Origin: Amphiscolops sp. MND2022 | Taxonomy: Eukaryota | Length of the DNA: 64,000 nucleotides | Reading direction: 5' to 3' | NCBI GenBank assembly: GCA_964187785.1 | Contig: OZ076409.1 | Location: 46,688,001 to 46,752,000, forward strand | In this document: one piece after another, positions 12,801 through 26,396 of the stretch | Layout: every line of letters starts with the position of its first letter | How positions within the stretch are numbered: position 1 is the stretch's first letter | Position numbers and translations under genes: made by a program | Notes under the pieces: generated by a model | What the model was told of the DNA's origin: nothing | Seen by the model: only the letters and a program-made list of their open reading frames with translations | Databases searched by the model: none

Positions 12801-15800
12801 TCGGGCTAGGCTTTCGGGTTTTCAGTGCGTGAGATCTCCAGAAGAGTGGAAAAGATAGGTATTCAACTATTGGGTTCTTTGTTACAGTACTGGTCACAAC
12901 CACAGCAATCTCGAGCTTTATCTATTTTCACAAACCTATAAATGAAAATCAGTATCAATATACAAGTCGTCTCACATTATACATAGAGGTGATTAATTTT
13001 TGCAAATGTTATCAAATTTTAGTAAACAAGATGACCGAAAAAATCTGGAAAAAATTGAAACTATTTCTTGAGATTGCTACAAATTGCAAACGATAGAAAC
13101 GAAAGAGCTAGTCCCATTTGCAGAGAAGACAATTAGGGAAAATCTCAAGGGATGACACCACTCTTTCCACCTTCAAAATTGCTCACCATGTATGTGAACC
13201 ATAAGATTAGTTTTGACCGAGTAATTAAATTTATGTCGTGGGTAAGAATTTAGCTACAACAAACGGCAGGGTGCTTTGCAGTATTTTTTGAAAATCCTGT
13301 ACATCCTGCAAAAACGACAACTGGGAACTTGTTCATAAATTGTTTGAAATCTTTTTAAACCATATTTGGTTGCACAATTGAGATATGTCAAATAGCTCAG
13401 TTTGCGAATGGGGTTTGCCATGGTTTCGTAAAAGTAGCAAATGCTTCGAAAGAACGACTCGGTTGTATTTTCATGAAAGAGTTTAGTTTAGTGGCTTCAT
13501 CAAAAAACATTAAAAAAACTCCTACCTTGATCTTTGTTGCCCATTTCAAAACCACATAACCTACCAAACTAAACTCTTTTATCAAAATACCACCAAGTCT
13601 TTCTTTCGAACCATTCGCTGCTTTTACGAAACCACGGCGACCCCATTCGGTCCAATTTGGTCCAAAATTTCATTCCAACTCCAAAAATGGAAAAATTTCA
13701 TCCAAGAAAAAGTTTACAGGACTATTAAGTCGCTGGTATGGATCAATAGCATGAAACATATGTTAGTCAGAAAATTTGGACAAATAAATCAAGAAAACTG
13801 TTTCTGTGGAACTTGTTTCTCTTGAAAAACATCCCAATGCTAACATTTTTCCTTTGGGGAAATTAGCGGAAACTCCACACTATAGAAAGAGTATTTGCAG
13901 AGTACCGAAGAAAAACTAACCAATTTTTTTCCAGATTGACATTTCCGTAAAAATATAGGTAGCTCCAGAGTCTTCGGGACATACCAATATTGGAATACAG
14001 AAAACAAGACATTTTGGAATTGTTCGTCTTCTTCTTTAGACCGAGTTTACCGCAAAATTATTCATGCAAAACCTATTTCATTTCATCTGTTCAATAATAA
14101 GACACTTAGGGTAGTTCAATTTGAAAAGATACAAGCTTTTGATATTGGTTAGACTCCCGCACCAATCTATGGCAAACTAGAAATAAACAATTGAACAAAT
14201 GGCTTTATATTTTCGACATTTTACCCAATACATTTCATAGTTTGAAAGAACAACTTTGTCAAAAAAGTTGTTCAATTTGAAAAAAAAACGGATCCAACTT
14301 GCTTAGAACACACGGAAAACATGACTAAATGGGAAGCGACACAGTTAATTACAACGCATCACATGGATCAGATATATGAATTGGATAGCAATACGACACA
14401 AATTTCACCAGTGATGCTGTCTACTATACTGCATAAATCTGGCCACCACACCTCATCAGGAGAATTTACTGACGAACTTAATTAACAACAACGTTGTTTA
14501 ACACGCTACATCATGCCATCATGCCAATCACGAAACTACTAGGAAATGAGAACACTAAATGTTAACGGCAACGCTGTCTACTACACTGCATCACACATAG
14601 TTGATGGTTAATACGGAGCAGAATCGACAGCGATGCTGGCAGTCAAACAGCATTACAAAGACAAACGGAAAGATGCACTTTAGCATTTTAGACTTTAAAT
14701 TCATCAAATAGTGAACGTAGCTATATGCAGTAACTTATACCGGATATTTCAATATTCATGAATTTGCTACTGAAGCAATGACAGGCCTACCCCATCATCA
14801 TTACCATTATCCAAAACGAAATCATTTTGTAGAATTAGCACCATTTATACCAATACACACATCATATAACATGTCGAAGTGCTTTAAACACATTTAGCCT
14901 TTCATTAGTGATTTAAACATATTCCATGTAACGATGGTAATACGCCATCATCGTATTTCATTATAACCACTTCACGCATTTACGCAGTAACACTGATTGA
15001 TGACTCATGTAACGATGGCAACATGCCAGCATAGCATTGAACCTCAATTGCGCAATTACCAGTATGACGCGCTCATCAACACCTACCCAAGAGTGCAGTA
15101 CTATTGGTCAATCCAGTCACGTGACGTTGTCACGTGACCAGCATTGTTGAAACTAGTAGCAGGTGTTGAAATACAGCCATTACATTTTGATATAGGCTAA
15201 CGTAAGGTTTCTCTCCACATCATCATTTTATTCAGTATTTCCTACATTCTTATTGCGAAACTTAACAATAACTACACTCCATTCATAATTGAAATGTTAA
15301 AATCTTCAACTTTTACTCATGATAAAAACTAGATCTCAGAATACAAGAACCGAAACCATCATTACTTCCAGAATGGACGGATACAGTGATACAAAAAGCG
15401 AATGTAGCGCCCCAGAGGTCCTTTCTAGAGACCAAATGAACGAATTTGATAACGGAGACTTTCTTGGTCGTAGGATCAACTCTTAACAAATTCGGTTAAC
15501 TAACGGTTCTTTGAGATGAACAGGCAAATCAGCTATTTAACTAGTCCAGTGATAGCTTTAACGGAAAAGATATCTTTTAGCAACAGAAAAGGGAACGGAC
15601 TACTAACAGCATCTAGTGCGTATGAGACCCTTTCCGACAACAACTTTGATGCCAAGTTAAACAAGCAATCACTATTGACGTTAGTTGAACATTTCTGTGG
15701 ACGGATAGCACAGTGGTCACCAATGACTCAACTCTGCAAAGAAGCAACCCATCTATTTGGTTAACCGAGTAGCGGATACTTTGATGAACAGTCTAGTTGA

Positions 15801-18800
15801 TCAATGGTTCCAATTTTAGACAAACAGGCATGCCACTGACGCGGGCGTTCGAGGAATGCGTTGTCGCGAAAGCTCAGATGGCCTTCATTTCCTAACAATG
15901 ATGCTTACTTTGAGACGAAGCTGAGTCATTTCCAGATCGAGGAAAATAGTGTTCTCACTGTGGCAAGTGCTGAAGCACAAAGAAAAGAACTAAACATTAT
16001 TTTTAACTTGGAGAGATACATTTCTTGTGGCGATCTTGTTCATACAACTGTTTACATTGCGAATGCAGTCGCGCCCGTACAAACCAAGACCCATTTGACA
16101 TGAACCATGCCGCAGAGAAGAAACGACGAAAGGAACAGTTTGCTATTGAGTTCGATTTTCTGGAGAAAATTCACAACGTACGCGAAGGGAACCAAATCGC
16201 CTCGACTTCGTGGACCCGAACATCTGACTTTGTTTAATGGAACGTACCAGGCGTTGGTGCTTCTGTTATGCTTGCATGACCACGCGTGCACTACATCTTG
16301 AAGTAGTACCCACGTTAGATTCCACCTCATAGGTCATGGGGGAAATAATGCATCTCCTGACGCAGTCAATCGGCGGTCAATCATATGGTCTGACAGAAGA
16401 TTTTCTCCAATGTGCCGGCAGCTGGACTACTGAAGCAGCTGCTTTACTCTCTCATCGAAAGATCCCATGGAGATTTAATCCCGTGGCTGCTCCCCACAAT
16501 GGAGGATCATGGAAGCGAATGATAAATAGCTGCAAACATGTTCTTTACTTATTACTTGGTTATCGGAGCGTGACAAACGAGGTCCTCCAAACCTTATTTT
16601 GTCTCGTTGAACAGTTTTTTTGAGACTGTTGATGACCGTACGCAGCGACCCCACCGAACTCGAAATCCTCACACCGAACAACTACTTTCTGTTGGGTTGT
16701 TCCAATTGTACCTTCTCGTTCGTGAATACTTGGTAAATAAATCATCGAAAGCGTTACGCCCGAGCACTGACGTACACCGCCGTAGTCTCGACTCGTTTGG
16801 TGTCGGTGTCTTCGCGAGTATACGAGCGATATGGCTTCACCTTATCCAACGCTCGAAGTGGCAATCTCCGAGCGGAATTTTTCGAAAGTCAATGCGGTAG
16901 TTTACATCGTTGAATCACAAAGCACGAGAGGATAATACTTTCTCGAGAAAATTTAAATGTGAAGTATGGCATCGACGTTATTTCGTGTTCAGCATATGTC
17001 AAAGCTAAAACTGGCACTTACAATATAATCAAGCCTACCAGACTTTCATGGGATTCAGACTCAGCTTTAAGAGAAATATACACACTGTTGTTTTGCAGAT
17101 GCAAATGTTCCAAACAAATAACCTGAAGCCATTGACCGAAAACATTAGCGTTATTTTACGTTGGTCCTGAAACGTAAATGCATTTGAGCAAATTACGTGA
17201 TTCCATTTGCATAATGCGTGGCATCAGTACCCCAGACTGCATTATGTTTGGTTCATACACCGCCTAGTACCGGTACATATGTACCATAAATGTATAGTAA
17301 AAGTGTTTTGCTGTCAGCCCTTTTTTCACTGGATTTTTCTTTGTGCGCAGAGATGAATACCATACAGCTGTTGAACAAAACTCGTTCGTGGAAGATAACA
17401 GAATGCCCCTACAATTGGAATTATTGAACTTCCTAAGAAAAATTTTCAAAAATGAATGAATGAGCAATATTGTTTTTGCACTTTGTGTGTTGTGTGATAC
17501 GACTACAAACAAAACTCTGCTTTGAATGAACAAGACGGGAATGTTTTAAGTCAGGGCAACGCCTAAGGCTCCATGCGCAAAATTTGCTGAATTTTTTGAA
17601 GAATTACAAAGCGGCGAAAATTACATCTTGGGTCTGGAAAGAGTCTTCCGAACTCAATTTTTAAAAAAGCAAAAAAAGACTCTTTGGTCTCGTGCAGTTT
17701 GGTAGAATATGTAAAAATGTGAAAATAAGAAGAGGACCCTGTATTTTCCAAACTGGAAAAAAAAGCGTTGTAAAACAACGTAATTAGAATCGAATGCGAT
17801 CTTTTCTAATTATTTACGGTATTTGTATAAGAATAGTTCAGTTTGTTAGGTTTGAGCGCTGGACCGGTTGTTTGGTAGCGCATAGGACCGAGTAACTAGT
17901 CTATTAAACTGTCGATCTCAGGTTCAGGGTTTGCGGGCAGAATGTTATGGGAAGTTAATCTTGCCCCAAATAAGGTTTTCAATCAGTAATTTTCGGCCAA
18001 AATTCAAAATCCAATTTTGAAAGAAAAAACGAAAAAATAAGCAAACGAAAACAGCTCGACCGAAGGCCAAGAACTCACCGAGGGTCTTTTTAGAAAACCT
18101 TTGAAATTTTTTACGCTGCTGAAAAAAATTGAACAGGGGACCAAAAAGTTCCAGTAGTCTCTAAATATGTGCAGAATCGCCAGAGTTTTCAGCCCACGAA
18201 AAAGAATTTCCTTCAAATTTTCAAAAGCTTGGTTGACTGGACGTGCCTTTGAATTCGAATGATGATAAAAACAGGCATAAATGTTGTAACACTCCCCCTT
18301 TTATTTGCTTGCTGCCTCTAGAGACTCCAATCAAAGCGTGAAAACAACTTGATCGTGTCGTTAACGAAGAGGGAAATATTTTCGATTTTTATTCAATAGT
18401 GGAAGCTGCAGTCTAAGTCTACAAGATTTACCACCGGAAGCAGCTTACTGAATTTTCTGGGTTTTAATAAAAATTACCCTGCATGTAGGCCGGCAGCATG
18501 TAAAAAGTTCCAGCAGTCTCTACTAGGGCTATAAATAGGCGAAGTCTGAAGGAAGCGTGGGCTGTGAATTGTAAGAAAGCAGGATGTTTACGACCAATTA
18601 ATTACTCAGAAGGATACAGGCGCGTCAAAAACAGAACTGTTGCCTTAGACTAGACAAATGAAAAAGGGCCGGGCTTCTTCATTTGAGCAAGAATAGTCAA
18701 ACTAGTCCACATTGCGGCAAATAACATGAAAAGGCGTATGTTCAAATCTCCCAACAAGGAAAAATAACTTTCTGAGAAATTTTCTAGATTTCTGAACTAT

Positions 18801-21800
18801 AATTTATAACTATTGGTCTCAGATTAGGTGAGATATCAAGATTTTATACCTGTAAGCAGAACCTCTAGAACTGATCTCCTTGAACGAAACATCCAGTGAA
18901 GCGCAAATTTTTCAAAATTGAAATTTCTCTCAGCACTGGAAGATTTCAATCCAGGTCGACCCTCCATGGATATCTTAGTAAGATCTTGGCAAGATCTTGG
19001 CAAGATCTTGTCAAGATCTTGGAAAAATCTTAGCTAAGATCTTACCAAGATATTGCCAAGAATTGCAAGATGTCATGGTAAGATCTTTTCAAGGGAGCCA
19101 TGTTCCCAAGAAAAATCCTATTTGGCCAGAAAAAAATCTGAAAGGAAGTCAACAAAAATAAACATTTTTGCAGATTTATATTGTTAGACAGTAAAATTTT
19201 TTGTTAGCAAGGTATAAAGTTTGATTGAAGAGTCCTTATGCTGCTTATTTAGCGATGCACTGATTTCATTGTTCTATCAAATGCAAAACAGTCGCCAACA
19301 ACGTTGTCAGGTGAATCATTGCCCAATTGGCGACAATGACCACCATTTCCAGCAGTAATAAGGCTGCTGAAACAAGCTCAAGGAACGACGGAGATATAAG
19401 TTACCGAAAAAATTCCGGATTTTTTAGTGTTCCCTGTGTAATTTTCCGATAGTGGCTTTGGACGTTTGAGACCATTTTTCTCCGTCTCTGGAATCGACAG
19501 AAGTGATAAGTTACAGGTTTTCAAAAGTCTTTGAAATGAGCGTTGATTTGGTACATTACCATTTCTCAGTCTTAAACAGGCGAGGAGTTATTAGCATTCT
19601 CGTCAGAATTTCGGAAGCCAGAATACGTTGTCGTAATTTTTCGCTCATTTTTGCATGCAAATTTATTTCAGCGGATTGAAGCATTTCGATTTTGAAAACG
19701 GGTAGAAATAGTCGTTGTTGGGTGAAATGAGCCGTTAGGTTGAGTCTCGGCTGCTTGTACCGAAGGTATAGTGTTTTTACAATCTTAGAATTTTGTCCAC
19801 CGTCACAATAAGAATCTTGCCATGGGTTCCATGGTCGCCAAGATGTAGTAAGATTTTGGTAAGATCTTGCCAAGACAGCCAAGATGCTAGTAAGAGGGTC
19901 AACCCGGGAACACAAGAAACATCATCCGTCATATTTACTTCACTTTTCTTGAAAGTCATCATGATTATCAAATGATATAATCGCCGTACATATAATCATA
20001 GTCATGGCTTTTCGTCAGCGTTTTTTTTTTCGATACACCTGAAATGACTAAAATGGTTTTACCAAAAGTTGTACAAAATTTAAAATTCGACCTGTTGACC
20101 TAGTGAACTGAACCAAAAAAGTATTTCCTCTTTTTCCGCGTAACATACATTACCGGGCGAGACTAAATGGTCCCACTGTCAGTTTTTTCGGCATTGTGCG
20201 AATTTTTTTCCACCAAAGGGTCTTCCCTTCGCTTTTTTGGAGTTTTGCGACAGAATGGATGTTGAAAAATCCCAAATGGTCCTGCTTTTCAGTTTTTCCG
20301 TCATTGCGAGACTTTGTTCATAGAAAAGTTTTCGTTTGCTGTAGAAGAGAATACTTTGACACTTTGAAGTCCTTTTGCCATTTTTGAGCCTTGGATATGG
20401 CGCCCACTTGCGCCCGTCCCGGCTTGTTTTTTTCTTTTTTGGAGCTTCACACCTATGGTACTACCCCAAAAAAAACATTTAAAATACAAATTTAATTTTT
20501 TTCTACATTCAAGTTTTTGAAGCAAAAAACGCGTTCTAAACAAAACGTTTTTACCAGCCTTTTTTCAACACTGTTTAACTTAATATCTGCGAGAGAAATT
20601 TATAACTCACAAAAAAACGCAAAAAAAACAATAGCACAGAATACAATTCGCCAAGTTTCCATTTTGTTGACTCTTTAGGGCATTTCACAGCAGCGAAAAA
20701 CTTAAAAAAGTATTTTTTACCAGGTATGCTGTGAAGGTAATTGATGTGTCTTTGAACTCTTCAAACTTCCAGGTCTACCGAATTGATCAAAATTTGAATC
20801 ATGTTTGGCAAAAAAGTTAGAGGAAAAATTATGTTTTCCAGTATCCTCACAGTTTTTTTGCAGATACTTTTGTCACCTTTTTCTCTGAAACGCGCATTGA
20901 CAGCTAAATTTTTCAATGCTGCTGCAATTTTGAATTAAGAAAACGATTCAAAAATTGACCAAATTTTGAAAAAGTTGAATTTTTCTTTCTGTTGTCAAAT
21001 TGGAGGTAAACTCTCTCCTAAGTAGCGTACGGAACAGTGCTGAAAAGCTTTTTGTTGGATTTTCAATTGACAAAATATGTCATGAATTCAACAAAAAGTG
21101 ATACTAAATTATCAAAACCTAGCTTAGTTCTGATTTTTTGGTTTTTGCGTTTTTAGGGTTCTAATCAACCAAATCTTTCAAAACTTTTAAAATGGCAGAA
21201 ACAACTTGAGTTCTTTGGGTTTTCAACTTTTTCGAAGTAATTCGGAAGTATGATTTTCTAGTCAAAAACGGCAAATTTTTCATCAAGAAAAAACACTGCA
21301 TAGCTCGTTTTTACGTCAGGGAGTTTTTTGGACATTCTAACCCACTGAACTTGAAAAAGGCTACTGGGTAACGTGTTTGTTTGTTGTTGAAAGCTTTCAT
21401 AAATTTATAAATTTATTTTAGGATATCTCTCGAAATTCACACAAATGCTGCAAATAAAGACTGAGTTTAGAAATTTTTGGATTTTTCAACTCATTTGGTG
21501 TCCTTCTGAAGTGTTTTTGAAGCAAAACAATGCATTCTTCTTTTTTTTAAAAAAAAAAACTTGATTAATGCATAGCTAGTGCTTTCGCCTGTGAACGTTT
21601 TGAACCTTCTAACTCATGAAATCTCTCGAGCTCTGAGCACTAACTGCACTAAAAACGACAAACAATGGAATTTTAGGATATTTTTCGACATCTTTCGGGT
21701 CAAGTTCTGAACATCTTTTGACATCTTTTGGTTCTTTTTTGAACAAAAAACTGCTTTTATCACTTCAAATAAGCCGACTGGACAATGAGTTCATTTGTTC

Positions 21801-24800
21801 ATTTGTTATTGATCGTCTTTAACGTTGTAACCCACGAAATCTATCAATTTGTAGAAAAATTGCATTAAAACGTTAAAAAGTAGAAAATTTTTTATTTTTG
21901 GTCTGTTTAGAGTCGTTCTGGTGTTCTTTTGGGGTGAACCAAAAAAATCAAATAATTCCTACAAATAGATATCGTTCGAAACTGATGTCAGTTGGATACT
22001 ATGAGCGAACCCCTTCAATTTGGGTATAACTTTGGACCATGGCAAATTTTGTACAAAAAATGTTAAATATTCTGCTTCCATTTTTGGAATATGGGCGAAA
22101 AATGATAAATTTTCACGTTTCTCCAGGCGTCACATTTGAATACAACTGTATAAATGTCTTTTAGAAAACATTGGACGATATACTATCAATGCAACTTAGA
22201 TTCATAAAACAATAAACTGATTTCAATGTACTTATGTTCCATCAGGCTCTACTTTGAATAATGTTTAATTTTTGAAGAAAAGGTTTCTCTCTTTTTTACG
22301 GACTAGAAATTTTCAAAAGTGAAACAAATTCTGGAAAGTCGGTTCCACTTAAATTCTTTTGAAGCTAATAAACTTTCGCTTGCAACATAAAAATCAATTG
22401 AAAATTAATAGAAAAACGTTCTGTTGAAGTAACTGAATTGTGGAAAAGGCAAAGTGAACTAGACTTACTTTTGTTGGCCATTTTTCAAGAATTAGCCTGT
22501 ATTCAAACATAAATTCAAAAACTGAAACATAGTAAAGAAAATAGTTGCAGAGTTTTTTGTTGGTTACTCTAATTGTTGGTTACTCTATTTGCTTCAAATT
22601 TTTTCTAGAGAATTCGCCACAAGTTTCCGTTTAAAGAATAAAGCCTTACCTGTTGAGAGTCGTGAATGTTGATGACGAAGGCTCCTCTGAGCAGGTGCAG
22701 CAGTTGCTCTCTGCTCTTTCTGAAGCTGGGACCAATTCCGAGGGAGTGAGTATCCACTAGCTGACAGCTCTCACTCATGTCTGCCAATGGATTGGCGTTG
22801 AATGACCCCAGAACCCACTGATGACGGGGTGTGATAAGATCCAGTTCATCTGCCTACACACAAAATTATTGTTGATCAACAATTCTCCATTTTCACAGTC
22901 TGAGTTCGCCAGTAAAAATTGTCAAGGTTTCCGAAAGATATTATAATGTCTTTTGGTACGACAAAAACTCTACATTTGCTGGCAATATCAGCTATAAACA
23001 TATCAAAACCAATGTCTTCAACATTTTTCCAAACAGTTCTACCACATGTACAAAATGAATGAAAAACATACATATGAAAGCATTAGGATGAAAGATTTAG
23101 AAATGACAGCTGCCTATTTTATTTTGTGTTGGGTGCAGTTTTTCAAGGCTATCAATTTTAGTCAAACCTAATTGCAGACTCCTGCTACGTAATCGCCTGA
23201 TAGCACAGGCAGTTCAAGACATTCCTCCGATGAAAAAAGAAAGATAATTCTTGCAAATATCTTGCAATACTTCCTGCAAGATTTTGCAATACAATGCATT
23301 ATTCTTGTAAACTGTCTTGCAAGGTTCTTGCAAGAAAAAATTGAAATTGCAAAATTCTCACAAAGAAAGTATCGAACTTTAGAGATTTTTACAAACTTCG
23401 ACTGAGAATTAGAGGGGTCAAAAAATCTTTCCTTGTGTTGTCCCAAAGGAAAATCACCTAATAATCATCCATCCTAGTTCCTCATTAGCTTCTCACTTCC
23501 CAGTGTAAAAACTCTTGGAACTCTTGCCAAGATCTTGCATATTCTTACATATTCCCGTTTACTCTTGAAACTCTTGATAAGATCTTGTTTATTCTTGCTT
23601 CACACAAACCTCTTGAATTTCTTGATAGTATTCTTGGTAAGAGTCTTATCAAGAGTGTCAAGAGAATTAAGCACTACATCAAACAAACATCAATTTTGTT
23701 TACAAGTATTTTGCTGTTGTTCGCACTACCAGCTACACTACCATTCTTTGAAGTATTGAATATAGGACAACACCAAGTAGTGAAATTCAGAACGTGATAG
23801 CTTGGTTGGTAGCGCGAAAGGCTGCGGCATAATAGGTACGCTGATCAAGCTGCAGTTGGCGTCGGTTTTTGTTTGTTTTCATTCACTTTTGTCAGTTCAT
23901 CTCTTGAATTTCTTGGCACGATCTTGCAAGATCTTGCAAATTCGTGGATTTCTTGGTAAGAATCTTGGCAAGATTCTTACCAAGAAATTCAGGAATATCC
24001 AAGATTCTTATCAAGAGTTGCAAGAGTTTTTACACTGGGTTACCATCAAAAGAGCGATTCCGGACTTTTTTCATTCGAAAGTTTTTATATGAGATGCTAA
24101 TAGGCAAAAATCTTGTTTCAGTCGCCTCAATTTCGTCATATTAATATTGACTTGATGAAGACAGCTAGATAGATGCAGATTCTCATTTTTTGAACTCGAA
24201 AATTCAAGGTTTAGAATAAATAATATCTCTAGAAGTGGGAATTTAGTAATATGGCCTGAAGACTTATTCTTTGTATAAATTTCATGACATATGAAACATT
24301 TCGAAAAAAACGATAACAACCCTTGAAAAACATTTTTTTTCGACAATTGGTGCAGCTTTTCACTACGTTATCATATTTGTGATGTCTCGCAAGTCTCATC
24401 ATCTTGCAAAACTGGCATCGGCTTGCAACCAATTTGCAAGAAAAATATCTTTTGAAAGAAACGTGCAGGATAAGAGCAAGATTTCATTTCCTTCCAAACA
24501 AGGGATGTTAGGTCGTACGCCGTAGTTTTGAAAACTACACTCTTACCAAACAGATGACAGTGCTCAAGAACTCTTCGAGATCGAAAAGCCCAATGATGAT
24601 GCGTAGATTCTTCTTCTGAAACAGAATTTTAGGATTCGTGAGGCGGGTGTCTCTGAGTTATTGGCGTGTGTGAACCATATTAAGAAATGATCTTTGAAAT
24701 CCTCAGACGGAAGCATGCTCACTGTATAAGAAACAGTTTGAACCTTAATCAGAATATCAATCAATTGAACATGAACAAACTAACCTTAATTTCCAGTAAC

Positions 24801-26352
24801 ATGGCCCAAATGTCTTGATGTGTTTTGAACAGAAAAGATGTAGAGTCTACTTTTTCAGCCAAAAATTTGTTACTCAGCGTGCTTCGAGCCTGAAACCAAA
24901 GTTTGAGGTAACCATTTTAGAGTATAATATCATGACTGAAATTTTATATTTAAAATCCAAAGCATTTTAAAAACCTAATCGGATGTTATAGTCTGTTTTA
25001 AAAACAGTTTTGACTATATCTTGTGTTCGTTTCCAAGATTTTTACTGTTCTGAACAGGCATTGCGAAACAATTATTACAGTAGTTTCAAAGTGCCGCAAC
25101 TGCATTGCCCAAAAAGAAAATTTTCAACTTCAAAATGGTCTGAAATACGAGAATATTTTGTGACAAATTTGTGACAATACGATTTCAAATTAAAAAGCAT
25201 CCATTTTGCAATTGCAACTCAACTTATCTTTAAAAAAGGGTGGTAGTGTTTATAGTTACAAAAATATATGAATTTTCATTGAAAACAAAATCTAAGCCAA
25301 AAAAATCTGTGAAACTCATCAGAGACTATAATGAATTTCATTAAAAAAAACTAAGTTTCCAAAATCTCCGAAAGTTCTAAAAGTCATTAAAGTTTTGAAA
25401 CACGTTCAAATTTCAATTAAAGTTGTCCAAATGTGCGTTTTCTAAACTAGGAAGTATTCTGACAACCTGACAATTTCCAGCAACGGAGTTCCATTTTTTA
25501 GAACGGTTCAAGATAGAGCGTACACTCTGTATACGGTTGAGTGTCGTATTCTTTCATAGTAGACTTGACCGTAGTTCTTTAAGCAGCGAAATAAGCAAAG
25601 GAAAAGAAAATTTTGACTCTAACATTTGCATGACGTGAACTTCAAAAAGGTCAATCCTTCATTCGAGCCTCGAGCATTGGTAGCCTTTTCGGTGCTCAAT
25701 CCTGGTACTGGTTTCATTTCTATGCATGCTATTACCTCATCTCCACGCTTAGTTCAAGTTTTCGTAGAAGGATCTCAACTTTTGGAGGAGTCCCTTGAAC
25801 ATGATATCCACTAACTGAGTCGGAGATTGGATGCTCTGTTATAGAGCGAAAAGAAGCAATAATAGGAAATAAATGAAAACTAGAATGAAACATCTAGATA
25901 TACTGAGAAAAACCAATTCGGTGAAGATTTTTCACTGTTGTTCAAATTATATGATGGACACACACTTCTGAAAAGACGTTGAATGGATCTGTCCATTGGC
26001 TGACGAGGGCCACTCTCTCCCAGTTGTACTGCTTGGTGAGAAATACGACCCCCAGGCTAAGTTGAGTGAAGCTGGGGATCCATCTACGCACGTGCGGGTA
26101 CAGTCTCGAGTCGGAGAATTCCGGAGTCTGCACGCCGTATAGGATCTGCCAATGAAAACGCATAACTTATGATATTGTCCTTACACTTGGTTTATAAAAG
26201 CGGTTGTTGTAGGAATATTATTTCCCAATGCATACATCATCAGAGCCTCATTCGTTTTAGAACCAAGAAGTTAGAACAGAACAGAACAGTTTATTCAATT
26301 GGATATTTGAAAGTACATAAAGAATCAAAGAAACAGAAAAAAAATTCATCGA

Positions 26353-26396
<44 letters not shown>

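Noticed and set aside
18140..18525. 21-bp direct repeat aaaaagttccag.agtctcta plus a Copia-PPT-like tgtaacactccccc
   Set aside because: No element boundaries or coding remnants could be defined
18975..19090. Regularly spaced AAGATCTTG repeats resembling a CRISPR array
   Set aside because: Eukaryotic context, no unique spacers; these are MITE subterminal tandem repeats
25735..25835. Candidate exon with a good polypyrimidine acceptor
   Set aside because: The phase-0 frame hits a stop before a usable donor; 24785-24889 fills the gap instead
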